Of a stretch of DNA of 62,924 nucleotides, positions 15,478 to 26,889 are shown piece after piece. Source of the DNA: Spirogloea muscicola (taxonomy: Eukaryota). Both the position numbers and the translations under genes were made by a program. The stretch's first letter is position 1. Each line of letters starts with the position of its first letter. Below the pieces are notes generated by a model. That model saw only the letters and a program-made list of their open reading frames with translations. It was not told where the DNA came from and did no database searches. The stretch lies in NCBI GenBank assembly GCA_009602725.1, contig WELB01000026.1, forward strand, positions 729,677 through 792,600, written 5' to 3'.

Positions 15478-17082
15478 ATGTCGACGCCGTCGCGGAAGCG
15501 GCTGATGCGCGACTTCAAGCGGCTGCAGAACGACCCGCCGGCGGGCATCAGCGGCGCGCCGCAGGAGAACAACATCATGACCTGGAACGCCGTCATCTTC
15601 GGGTGCGCCGCCGCCGCGCCCTCCGCCGCGCCCTGCGCCGCGTTCTCCGCCGCGCCCTGCTCCGCGGCCTCCTGCTGACCTCTTGTCGCCGCCGCCGCCG
15701 CCGCCGCCGCCGCTGCCAGGCCGGACGACACTCCCTGGGATGGAGGTGAGGCGCCTTATCTCTCTTGCCGCCGGCTGCCGACGGATTGGAGGAAAAGATA
15801 CCGGAGAAGATGGAGAGAGGATTTGAACCCCCAACCCCTTGGGCTGTGTGCCGCGGGGCTCGCTCTTGCCTCCTCTCCCTCCAGCAACGTGCTGCTGCCA
15901 CAGCAAGACTTAGTCGCAGCCGCTCGCCGCCCGCTGAGCAGTGGGCCGCCGCTGGGATCCGACGCTCTCGCTGAGATTCGGGTTCTAGAAGGGTTCCCCG
16001 CTTAGTTGCTTTCAGCAGTTCTGCCGTGCCGATACGCTCGTGAGAACCTGTACACGATGGGGTCGCTGATTCTCTGCGAGCCCGGTTCTCACGCCCACGT
16101 TGGCCGCCGCTTCGAGCGCCCCCGCGAGCAGGCACTTTCAAGCTGACGCTCCAGTTCACGGAGGACTACCCGAACAAGCCGCCGACTGTCCGCTTCGTCT
16201 CCAAGATGTTCCACCCCAACAGTGAGCGCCGCTCCGGCATCTGGCCCGCTGTGCCAGCTCCCTGACAGTGGCACACTTGCTGCTTGTGCTGCACTGTGCA
16301 CTATCCCAAAGTCTGGGGCCCCGCTTGCCCCCTTAGAAGCCAGAGTATTCAGTCCGGGAGTGTCCTTACTTGCATGGGTTTTCCCCTGCTGTCGGCTTGT
16401 CGCAAGACTTTGCTCTACTATCGCAAGGCTGACTCTTCGACAAATCTTTAATCTTAGCTGTTAACTGCGTTCGTGGAGGTGGAAGCAAAGGGGCAGGGGG
16501 TGTCTTTTTTGCAGCCAATTGGTGCCAGAGCTGGGCTTGACGACAGCCTTTCTGTGTTGGCGCAGTCTATGCTGATGGGAGCATCTGTCTAGACATTCTC
16601 CAGAACCAGTGGAGCCCCATCTACGACGTCGCTGCCATCCTCACCTCCATACAGGTGCTCAGGGTGGCACCTTAAAGCACCTCCCGAAATCTGAGTGCTT
16701 ATCATGCCATCTTTGCTTTGTTGGCGAGGCAAGTCCCAAAGAGAGGCAGCAGAGCCTGGCCGTCAAATTTAGCACAGAGTTTCTCGTGAGATGCTTGCGA
16801 GAGTGCACGCTGTGAAGTGCAAGCCAGGTGTGATGTGACACACAGCCCCGTACTTTGCAACCTGCATTGCGACAAAGTTGAGGTGGTTGCAAGGGAGTGC
16901 ATGCCTTGATGACCTCACCCCAATCTTTTCTGAACGTTGGTGATACTTGCCAGTCGCTCCTCTGCGACCCCAACCCAAATTCCCCTGCCAACTCGGAGGC
17001 CGCCCGAATGTACAGCGAGAACCGCCGTGAGTACAATCGGCGGGTGCGGGATGTGGTCGAGCAGAGCTGGACGGCAGATTGA
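15478..17082 (+). CDS. UBC2: Ubiquitin-conjugating enzyme E2, RAD6/UBC1-3 type (5 exons)
   Basis: Exons 15478-15602, 15720-15745, ~16132-16221, ~16566-16654 and ~16954-17082 give [140 protein letters not shown]. Confidence 0.97.
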
Positions 17083-17729
17083 ACGAGCTCTACCCATGGC
17101 CGTGCGGCCGTGCCTTGAAAGTGCTAAGCGCCGAATCTCGGTTTGACTTAGAATGCCTACACACACCTAAATTTGTAGCTGGCTCTTGGCCAAGCACCCC
17201 GGCTATTGGCCCCACTGCAGGCAGCGCTCGTCATCTGCCTCACACGTCAAAGTCAGGCGCCTGCTGTCGCGGTGTGCACGGCAGCCGCTCATTGTGCGCA
17301 GCGCACCACCCCCTTTAGCTCAAGGTGCAGCTGCTCCTCCAGTTAACCACCTGCGGGTGCACTCGGGCACACCATATTGCTGCCTGATGCCCCCGCCTCG
17401 TTGTCACTTATGCTCTGTCTCCAGCATAATTGTCAACCGTCCCTGTGACAATCTGGTGGCCTTGCCATTGAAATACTTGGACCTTTGCGTAGTCCCCGCT
17501 AATTCACTATGCCTTTTACCAGCAGGCCGCCTTTGCAGGCACACGGTGGCGGAGCGATCAATGTCGCGCTTAGTAAGCTTAATATGCCTTCATATGGTCA
17601 AGGAATCTGCGTAGACCAAAGCGGTGGGAAAAATATATACAGGCTGGAGTCAGGGGCTGCAGATACATGTTATAAGGGGCCCATCACTGGCGGTCCTGGG
17701 CAGGCACGGGCTAGCGGCCACCGCCATCC

Positions 17730-20700
17730 TCACCCCTGCGCCGATGCCACTCTTCTGATCATGCTCTGCAGCGCGTGGTTGGCCGTGAGTGCCTTGTTCA
17801 GCAGCTTGCAGTTCGTCATGGGCGACATGTCGTTGTCCCTCAACCACCTGGCAATGGCATCGCGCTCATACGTGTGCCCGTCGGCCGCAATCACCGGCTC
17901 CTCCATCACTTCCTGCGAGCATGCGCGCAATCAGGAGCGTATAAGCGTATAAGCACCTACAGCCGACTGCCATCTCCATGGTATGGTACTTGTCACATCT
18001 GGTAAGTGATTTTAGAAACTCATCAGCAAATTCCAGCCTCGTACTAAGATCTCCGGCGAGTATATATGTCTTGGGTTTTGGGTGGAACCTGCGTGATGGG
18101 GCACGCGAAAAAGGCGCTGATCATGTCAGTGGCGAGTTGCGGCCCACGCTCGGCAGGCGCCTCCCTTTCGGAAATCTCCTTGGCTGTCGCCCGAAGGATG
18201 TCGAGGCGACCCATGACGCTGATGAGCTCTGGGTGCTCCCTGCGCAGCATCGCGGCGCATTCCAGCGCTAGCAGCGCCATCTCCAGCGCGACATCACCAG
18301 GCCACTCGCCACCGGCTGGGTCCAGGACGCTTTCCAGGTCTTCCTCCTCCACTGCTCTCTCAACCCTGTCCCTGATCTGCGCAGCATCCCCTGCAGCAGC
18401 TCTGAGATCTGAGCCACGAGACAACATCGCCCACATGTGTAATTTCTTTAAAATATGTGCTAAAAACGAAGGTAATGGTCAATGACTGCAAGGTTCTGGG
18501 CATGCACGCCAACCAGATGGTGGTATCCACCGGACACTGTGCCCAAACAGGTCAAGTAGATTCTCTACGTTGCCAGATTCTATCAAGAAAGCTGTGATGC
18601 GCAACCTGGACTTTGCCAGTGAGCAGCTGGAGGAGCACAATGCCGAGGCTGTAGACATCGGACTTGGTGCCCCACTGGCCCGTTGAGTAGAACTCGGGGT
18701 CCACGTATGGAAGCGTGCCGACGGCCCCCCGGTCCTCCGTTACATGTGATTGCGTTGTCAGCTCGCTGGTCTTTTCTGGCATAAGCGCTGCTATGCCCAC
18801 GTCCTGTGACAGACAGAACCAGGGCCTTCACCAAGACTCACCACCTCAACAACTTGTGGGATTACTGCAGAAGCCCTTGACCTAAGCAATTGCCTGATTT
18901 CAGCAATAAATTTTACTTGTCATTAGTCTGTTGAGAATGAAACTTGCACGCAATGGGCGGTGTCAATGAGAATCTGGCCACGTGCAGCTCACAGCAAGCT
19001 TCCCGACGAGGTTATGGTCCAGCAGGATGTTTGCTGGCTTAAGGTCTCGGTGGACGATGGGCGGGTTGTTCTTATGAAGGAAAACCAGCGCCGAAGTGAC
19101 CTGCAGCAAGCGCACACAGTCCAAGAAATTACGGACGGAAGTTTATGCGAGAGCGCTGAATGCAATTGCTGTTTGATTGACTTGAGAAGCCTATATACAG
19201 AGTATACATCAGTGGCCGCAAGCAAATATTTGACATCACCAGAACATACTGCCAAGCACAGTGACAGATTGAAATTGGCGACACAGCACCAGGGTGACAA
19301 AGGCTTGAAGGTCAGTCAGAGGCCATGAGTGATATCGCCACCGCAGGCCACAGCATAGGCAGCAGGACGAGAGAGAGGACTTCTAGAGTTGGCAGCAGGT
19401 CTGCTTCACACCTCTGCTGCAACACGCACTCGGGTGTACCATGGCAGGGCCGCTAATCCCGACAGAGGCTTCTTCAGGTTCCCATGGGCGCAGAAGTCGT
19501 AGACGATGGCAAAGCGGCATGGCCCACCGGCTGTGACTTCGGTGCAGCAGCCCAGGAGCATAACGAGGTGGGGGTGCTGGATGCGCCCCAGCAGGGCCAC
19601 CTGACATTGTGTGAATGCGACGGTTACGCCAGTGTCGGAGGCTGAGTACACGTGCCAGCATCGACAAGGTGCGAGGTGTCCGGTAGCTGTGCAAGTGGAG
19701 GTTCACATTGGTGCCTCTGGCAAGTACCTCGTGACGGACTTGTGTCTCCCCCTCGAGGATGTCCATGCTCTTGAAGACCTTGACGGCGACTTCAGTGTGG
19801 TGCAGCCTTCCACGGTACACAGAGCCGTACCCACCTTCTCCAAGTTTATCGCTGAAGTCCTCCGTAGCAGCCTGAAAGGATCAGGCAGTTGACGCTCAGA
19901 CCTCTCTGCTGAGGGGAAGTCAACTTGCTTACTTACGGTGGAGAGAAGCTGTAGCGATGCTTATGTATGCCACTGTACACTCGCTCGGGCATCCCCCCTC
20001 TAGGTACACATCCTGTTGGCTGACTTAAAGCGAGCACCTGGAGCTCCTTCCAAGTGAATGTCCGGTACCGCCTCTGGTGCGAGTTGAGACGCTCCTGCCG
20101 AGCGATCTGGGCGAGCGCTTCCCCAGCCTCCTGCAGCCTCGCCTGGCTCTCGGCCAGCGCCTGCGCCGCTTGGGGAGCCGCAGTGGCCTCCATGCGCAGC
20201 CGGCTCTCCTCCTTAGCGAGCCAGCAGGCCTTCTCGGCTGCCTCCATCGCCTCCCTGAAACGTTCCAGGGCTGCTGATAACTGGTCTTCGTGGGTCATGG
20301 CCTGCACAACCGGCATTGGCCAAGCACTAGTAGCATGTTGATGTCCATGATGCACTGCAATGCCTGGCAAATACGGCCTTTTGAGTAGCCTGAGCGTGTG
20401 ATGTCAGGACAGTGCTGCAACAGGAAAAAGCAGCAGGCCATGTTTCCCATTGTGTGCCGCATTGAATCTGAGTTGAGATGTCAGTAAGGCTAAGACAGTT
20501 GGACAAGATCTACTTCATATTCATCACGTAGAGTCGTATGGTTGACATTACCAGCACTTCTTCACAAGGGGCCGCCTCCCACTGGAGCTCGTCGGCCCTC
20601 AGCTCGGCCTGCGCCGCACGCGCTTTGGCCTGCTCTATGTCTTGCTCCTGGTGAAGCCACGCAGATGCCAACAATGCTTGCACCTTCACTGTTAGTTTGA

Positions 20701-22187
20701 AAGTCAGTTGCCCAGCCATGAGGCCACATGACTTCTTTAACTTGATAAATGTCCGGTCTGATGAGAGAGCTGTACCTGCTGATAGCAGTATGACAGGAGG
20801 TAGTCTTCTTCCTGGAGGAAGTCTTCTTGCCCCAGTCTGACATGTGACAAGCTCGGTGGCGATGGCCAAGCTGGAGGCGCCGACGCGGAGGGCTGCAGAT
20901 TGGGGTGAGGAAGTGAGTAGACCAGAGTAGACTGGACAGGAGCGAGCTCGCCAGAACGCATGGACACTTAGACAGAGCAACTACAAGTATATCACGTTGT
21001 TGGGCCTGCGGAGGTTCGCTCGTCGTCCTAGCTGCTGCTGCCCTGCACCTCGTCAGAGAACGTCTAGTACGATGGTGGAGCAGTGGGATGCCCATCTGGG
21101 AGCTCTCCTGCGGACTCCGGCAACCTGCTGCTGCTTGCTTGCAGCCCTGTGCCATGGTCTACTGCCGACTGGTCCTACCTGTAGAGTGAGGCGTCCCTGG
21201 CGCACGATCGTCCAGGTCCAGTAAGTGGGGACAGCTCCTGCATTGCAGCAGATTTGTCTCGGACGGCATAGAACCAGCAGTTGTACGGCCGGTGCATTCC
21301 GCAGTACTCCACCGTTGCACATATTCTGCGACATGAAGGAGCGGGAATTGTCGACAAGAAGGCTTGCTTCTGAGCTACGGCCACTGCCCAAGCGGCAACA
21401 TTGACAGAGATGCTTCCAGAAGCGTGCGGAGCAAGACATGAGGTGCAGTGGTTCAATGCTCGAACGACAAACCTCTTAGATATGGAGGGCTTGGCAAACA
21501 TGACAAGCCGCGTGGCGCCCAGCTGCTTGGCCTCCTTCACTATGGCTTCGCCGCGGTTCTCGCTGCACACTGGCCGTAGCTCCACAAGTATCTGCATGCA
21601 TGGAAAAGTGGCTGGAGCTCGCTTCAATGGAAAGACGGAATGGATTGCGGCCAGGCTGCCACTGCATTGTGTACTTGCATTGTAGTCAGTTGCTATCTAG
21701 TGTGAAGGGATTCCACGTAGGCATGCAGCCCGATAGGATAGTAGCGAAAAGGGGGGTGCGCGCACCTTCCTGGCAGCAAAGTCGTCGCGGTAGGTGCGAA
21801 GCATCGGCATGACGACGTCATTGACGTGCTCATCAAGCTGCTCGTCGGTGGCGCTGGCCACGGGGCAGTTGCCTGCAGGCAGGCACCAGCGCGTGATACG
21901 CTTACAACGCTGTCTACCATTGGGTGCCTCGAGATGAAGGTGTACAGTGGTGGTGGCAGTAACGCTGATGGTTGTGACCCTGGCAGCTGGTAAGCAGGGA
22001 GGTTCTACTGGCGGAAGAGGAGGGCTGCTCTCACCGGCGGGGAGCTGGGTGATGGCATGGACGAGGACAACCTTGTCCCCGCGCCCGCGGCGGTAGAGCT
22101 CCTTGAGCCGGAGCCAGTGCGCGGCGGTGCGCGACGACAGGGGTTGCTGCCGACGGCGACCACAAATACCTCGCGGGGCGGCGCCAT
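17730..22187 (-). CDS. UspA-like domain / coiled coil / Ser-Thr kinase / U-box protein (PUB33/35-like class), copy 1; exon-1 frameshift, possible pseudogene
   Basis: N-terminal VVAVGS..DKVVLVHA. Kinase motifs LGEGGYGSVYRG, VAVK, HRDLKPANILLD, DVG, GTLPYVDPEF and KSDVYSLGIVLLQLLTG. U-box FFACPITQ|EVMEEPVIAADGHTYERDAIARWL..SPMTN. One base is missing near 22140 relative to copy 2. Confidence 0.88.
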
Positions 22188-22289
22188 CGCCGCCCCGACC
22201 CGGAGGGTCTCCCCTCAGCTCATGTGACGTCCTCTTGCTGCACCGCGTTCTGCGTCCCGACTCCAAGAACAGCAGAGCGAGCAGCCCGG

Positions 22290-25200
22290 CTGCAACGTTG
22301 TCGCTTGCTCAAGCTCACAGGAAGCGCTTTGCTATGTCCCCACTGCAGCGGTCCTTCAGCACTTGCCGTCCACTTGCGTGCAGGTCGCGCCTTGGCTGCT
22401 GCCTCCGGGTTCCCACGCCTTTCCGACACCTCTCCGCCCTCTACTCATTCCGACGTGCACTTGCTGACTCGACGTGATTGAGCGCCTCTTGCTGACGTCG
22501 TGGAGACTAGTATCTCTCCGGCCTCACAGCCACTGCCGTTCGTTGAAAGAGCCGGTACCCCGTCAGGCGGGGTGGCGGGGCGACGCCGCCATGGCAGCCG
22601 TCGGAGCTGGCCAATTCCAGAGGGCGGTGGCCGGGAGAGAATAGCCCAGAAAAATGAATGGACAAAGTCCAGCACTAGGAAGTCAAACGAGCTGAGGGGA
22701 AGAAGAGCAGGGAACCCCGCTGAGACCCGCTCGGGGCAGGAAGTCTGCCGCTATTCAAAGGCGGGTGTAATGCCGACACCAAGTGCCTACAAAGTGAGCC
22801 CGTCGTAGCCCCTGAAGCCCTCCTTGTACTTGGCCACTCAGGCCCTCCGTCAACCCGTACACACTCCTTTTGCCTCGTGTCAGCAAGTAGGAAGACGCGC
22901 GGGCGCATGAAATATAAGTGAGGCCAATTCAAGCCAAAACCATTGTTCTGGCAGAAAGTAATGCAAAAAATACGACTACATGAAAGGCTACAGCAACAAG
23001 GAAAGAGCTCTTTCAATCAACGGCAGTGGCTGTGAGAGGCCAGCCTGAAGGGGCCGGATGCGCAAGAAGCAGGTTGCTAATTCCAAGACGTCAGCAAGTT
23101 GGCGTTCACCAAGTGCAAGTCAGAATAAGTAGAGGGCGGAAAAGTGTTGTCCTGACGGAACCAAGAGGCAGCAACCAAGGCGTGGCCTGCACGCAAGTGG
23201 ACGGCAAATCCTAAGGACCGCTGCAGGGAGACTGCAAGGCGCATCCTGTACACCTGAGCAAGCGAACCCGATGGCACTGAAGCCGGGCTGCTCTTTGGCG
23301 GTGGGACACAGCACGCCGCGCAAGCAGAGACGGGACTTGCAGCCTGCCCCACCGCTTAAGTCTTCCTTTCTGGGCCCGCTTTCAGGAACCCGCCCTGCAG
23401 GCGGCAGCCATCCTGCACCGGCTCGACGGCGCTGGCGACAGTGGCGGCTTTCGATATCAGCAGCCGCATTCCCTCTTTTTTTTCAGGAACCCAGCTTCTC
23501 TGACCTGGGGCTGCTTAGCAGGGGTTACTGAGTGCTTCGTAGCTGCATAGTCTACTTCTTTATGTGCTCGTCTTTCTTAGTGCTTCCCCTGGCCCCTTCT
23601 CGTCCTTAGTTCTTTCATTTTTGGGCTGGCTTCTTCCAGCGCCTATCCCCAATGGGCGAGCCCTTCTTCTTCTTTGGGCTGGCCTCTCTCGCTGCGGCCT
23701 CCAGCTTTCGTCAGGGGGATAGTTTTCCGGCAGCTAGTCTGTCGGATGTGAGGCTCCTTACTGGGAAGGGCTCGCCCATTGAGGATAGGGGCTGGAAAAA
23801 GCCAGCCCAGAAAAGAATGTACAAAGGACGAGAAGGGGCCAGGGGAAGTACGAAGAACAACAAGCATAGAAAAGAAACGAAGCAGCTACGAAGCACTCAG
23901 TAACCCCTGCTAAGCAGCCTCAGGTCAGAGAGACTGGGTTCCTGGAAGCGGGTCCCCTGGCCAGAGCCAGAGGCAGCAGCGAGGGCTCTGCCTGCACGCA
24001 GGTGCAGAGCGCGGGCCATAGACCTCTGTAGCGAGACGGCCAAGCGCATGCGGTACACCTGCGCTAGCGACGCTGCTGCATGGGAGTCCACCGGCTCCCA
24101 ATGGAAGCGGCGGGCAATGGCGTGACGAGAGAGCTGGTTGAGCAGCTCGAGCCACCGAGCGCCCAGCGCCCCGTGCGTATCGATGGCGAGCGGGAAGAAC
24201 TCGTCTTCCCGCGGGTGATCTGCGTATTTTAGCTCCTTGGCCCGAGCTGCGCAGGCTACCGCATACCCAGCTTTGGTGGCACACTCGGTTGGATGGGAGC
24301 GGTCATAGGAGTCGGTGGTCACCACGTCCAGGAGAAGACGTGGCCCGCCTGCCGGTGGGGTGGCCACAAGGTCCACGCGACGAGCGTGGAGACCGTCGGC
24401 CCGTTGCTGGAGCGGCATGACGGCAGAGTTCTCGGCTGCCACCGAGAAGCCAGCCTCCACAAGGATGCCATGCATCGCATCCCGGAGATGGTCATGCGCC
24501 GCTGTCCGCTCTCCGCCGTGGGAACAGCGCCTTACTCGTAACCACTGAGTGGTCCATCCCCCCTTCTGCCATAGCCTCTTCAGGCCCCACAGTCGCTGCT
24601 TAGCTCGTATTGGCCCCTTCGAACCTTGTCAATTCTTTTCGGGCTGGCTTCTCAGGGCCGTTGCCCCCATTGGGAGAGCCACTTCTTTCTCTCACAGCAC
24701 CAGTCACCTTGGCCGCGCTTTCTTCTCACCGGTTGACTTCCGCCCGCGCGGCCCGGTCGGATCGGATCGCCATCCGACGGCGGGCGCCCCCCTCGAGCTC
24801 GGGGCCCAGCGTCCGTGCTGAGCGAGCCGCTCCCCGCTCTAGCCGATTTCTGCGCTCCCTCGCGGGTACTGAGCTTCCCTCTGCATCGTCTCGTGTTCTG
24901 ATAGTAAAGCAAGCGCGGCCAGATTGACTGGTGGCTTTAGTCCTTCTGTAGTGTAGTCTTTTTCCGGCACCTCTTTCTTTAGCTTTGGACACTGTCCACT
25001 CTTTTTGGGCTGGCTTTGCCAGCCCTTCTTCTCTATGGGCGAGCAGTGAGCTCTGACAGATTGAGCGGGGGCTGTGATTCTCTTACATAGCTGTGTGATT
25101 CTGGCGCCTTCCGGCCTTGGGACCTTGTCCATGCCTTCTGGAGGGCTGGGCCATCACAGCCCCCGCCCCCTCTGGGAGAGCTCGCTTTCTGTGAATGGCC

Positions 25201-25490
25201 AGCCCAGACAGAGTGGACACGGTCCGAACTGCCGAAAGGAAGAAGGAAGACGCTTCCAGGAGAGGGCGGTGGCTGGGCGAGGCCAGCTCAGGCAAAAGAA
25301 TGAACAAAGCCCGAAGGGACCAGAGGGCGCCATCACCACACAGCCATGCAAAAGACCACAGCGATGGGAGCTTAGTGACCCCAAGTCAGCACCCGCAAGT
25401 CGGAGTACTTGCAGCTGGAAAAGAGGCACCTCAACGAGACCCAGAAGTAGCAGCCAAAGCGCGGCTGCACGCAAGTGCACAGAGTGAGCC
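22290..25490. mobile_element. Cluster 2 of nested CRE-like non-LTR retrotransposon 3' fragments (about 8 pieces, both strands)
   Basis: The C-terminal peptide LAQVYRMRLAVSLQRS..ALHLRAGRALAAASG..SDLRLL recurs at ~22305-22481 (+), ~23077-23280 (-), 23483-23531 (+), 23685-23762 (+) and 23897-24529 (-). Conserved 3'UTR stem-loops lie near 22640, 23623, 23789, 24641, 25007, 25143 and 25272. Confidence 0.85.
23763..24529 (-). mobile_element. 5'-truncated CRE-like LINE copy with an uninterrupted RLE endonuclease reading frame and 7-bp TSD
   Basis: Translates RCSHGGERTAAHDHLRDAMHGILVEAG..RRVDLV..LLLDVV..AARAKELKYADHP..FFPLAIDTHGALG..LQRS, i.e. the end of the Zn knuckle plus the PD-(D/E)XK restriction-like endonuclease of CRE-clade elements. 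Flanked by CCTTACT at 23756-23762 and 24530-24536. Confidence 0.85.
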
Positions 25491-26889
25491 AGCCCTAATT
25501 TGTGTTATCTGATCTGTCACCTTAGCCCCTGGTTCATTGTATCTTTGGTCTTTTAACACATTGTACCTTGCATGCTTTGGCCATTCTTTCACTTATGCAC
25601 ACAGCGCTATGCAGTGCGCGGTGCGACGTGCGCGGTGCCTTGCGCTTCACCGATCACAGGCGTCTGCTGTGTATCTGTGTACACCCCCCGCTTTTGGCTG
25701 CCGCTATTGGTTCTTCTGGCATAGGACTCCTTCGCTGCTGCCAGTTATCCTGACTGGCGATTGCTGACTCGGAGTTGCTGAGTGGCTCTCTACAGTAGAT
25801 TCTCGCTTTGCAGAGGAATCTGTCTTCTCTTTGTATTGGGGCTTACTTGCAAATCCTCGTGCACCCTTTGGGGCTGTCATCCAGCGCACTCTGTAGAAGA
25901 GCACCTCCTCTCTAAGGGCACGGAAAGGCTTTTGTCAGAGGCCAGCGCTTACTCTCTCCCCCAGAACAATGGACAGAAAGGCGAGCAGCATCAGAGAGGG
26001 AGAGAGGAGAGCAGCAAGCTGAGTGCAACAGGCAAGAGGGCCGTTGAAGAAGGTACAAGGTGACGTGGACGATGGTGAAGAGGGAGGCCTTTGCCTCCAG
26101 TATGAATGCTGTACATACACAGAGTACAGCTGAGGGTTATAACAGTTCGATGTATATCAATAGCAGAAAGGCTCAAGACTGCAATTGAGAGGACGTGTAA
26201 ATAGTATCTGCAGATGTCGTGGGACGATTACTTCTTTCTTATTATGAAAATATCTCATAAGATTCACTTCTCAAGGACTGAATTTTATCGGCAGACCATC
26301 TTTTATGCTCCAAGCCAGAGCACTACACCAGGCAAGAACTTAGAAAGTACAGTCAAGAGCTTCAAATGTGAGTGGCGTATATGCATCCGGTCAATGACTC
26401 TGCAGTTGGGCAAATCTGTTGGGCTGAGAAGATGATCCGCGAGTCAATGACCACAAGCAGAACAAGCTGGCAACAAGCACTGTGAGAATGCTGTGGGCAG
26501 ACAGACGATCTCAGTATGTCAATATGGCATAATGTACAGTCATTGTTTGTGATGGTCAGCACGGTGAGGCCCATGAGGCGAGGAAATTCTCACCAGCCGT
26601 AGCAAAGGATGTGATACTTTTGACTGGTCTACTATTCAGGTATACCGATGACAAGATTGTATGTACGGGCTTCTAAAGGAAGCGCGGCACGCTCATGAGC
26701 AAAGGCGATGCCAAAGAGGCTCAGAGCAAACAGGGCTCAGGAAGAGCAGTTGGCAAGGGAGCCTGTGAGCATACGGTAGAAGGTTGGACTAACACGCACT
26801 ACAGAAGTTACTTAAAGTTTGACCTAAACTTTGCGGATTTTGGGCTGCTATTGGTAACCATTGGCCAATGGAGGCTGGCAGCTGCTGCT

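Noticed and set aside
15478..17930. E2 (UBC2) adjacent to U-box E3 genes as a functional cluster
   Set aside because: Convergent neighbours only. RAD6-type E2s are not the typical partners of plant U-box ligases, and there is no sequence evidence of co-regulation.
22290..25490. CRISPR-like array or TIR DNA transposon suggested by recurring palindromic GGGCTGG..CCAGCCC motifs
   Set aside because: Spacing is irregular, orientation is mixed, there are no cas or transposase genes, and the motifs follow retroelement ORF ends as 3'UTR hairpins.
25500..26880. Possible additional gene between TE cluster 2 and U-box kinase copy 2
   Set aside because: Only short ORFs with no recognisable motifs or coherent exon chain; probably 3'UTR/intergenic.
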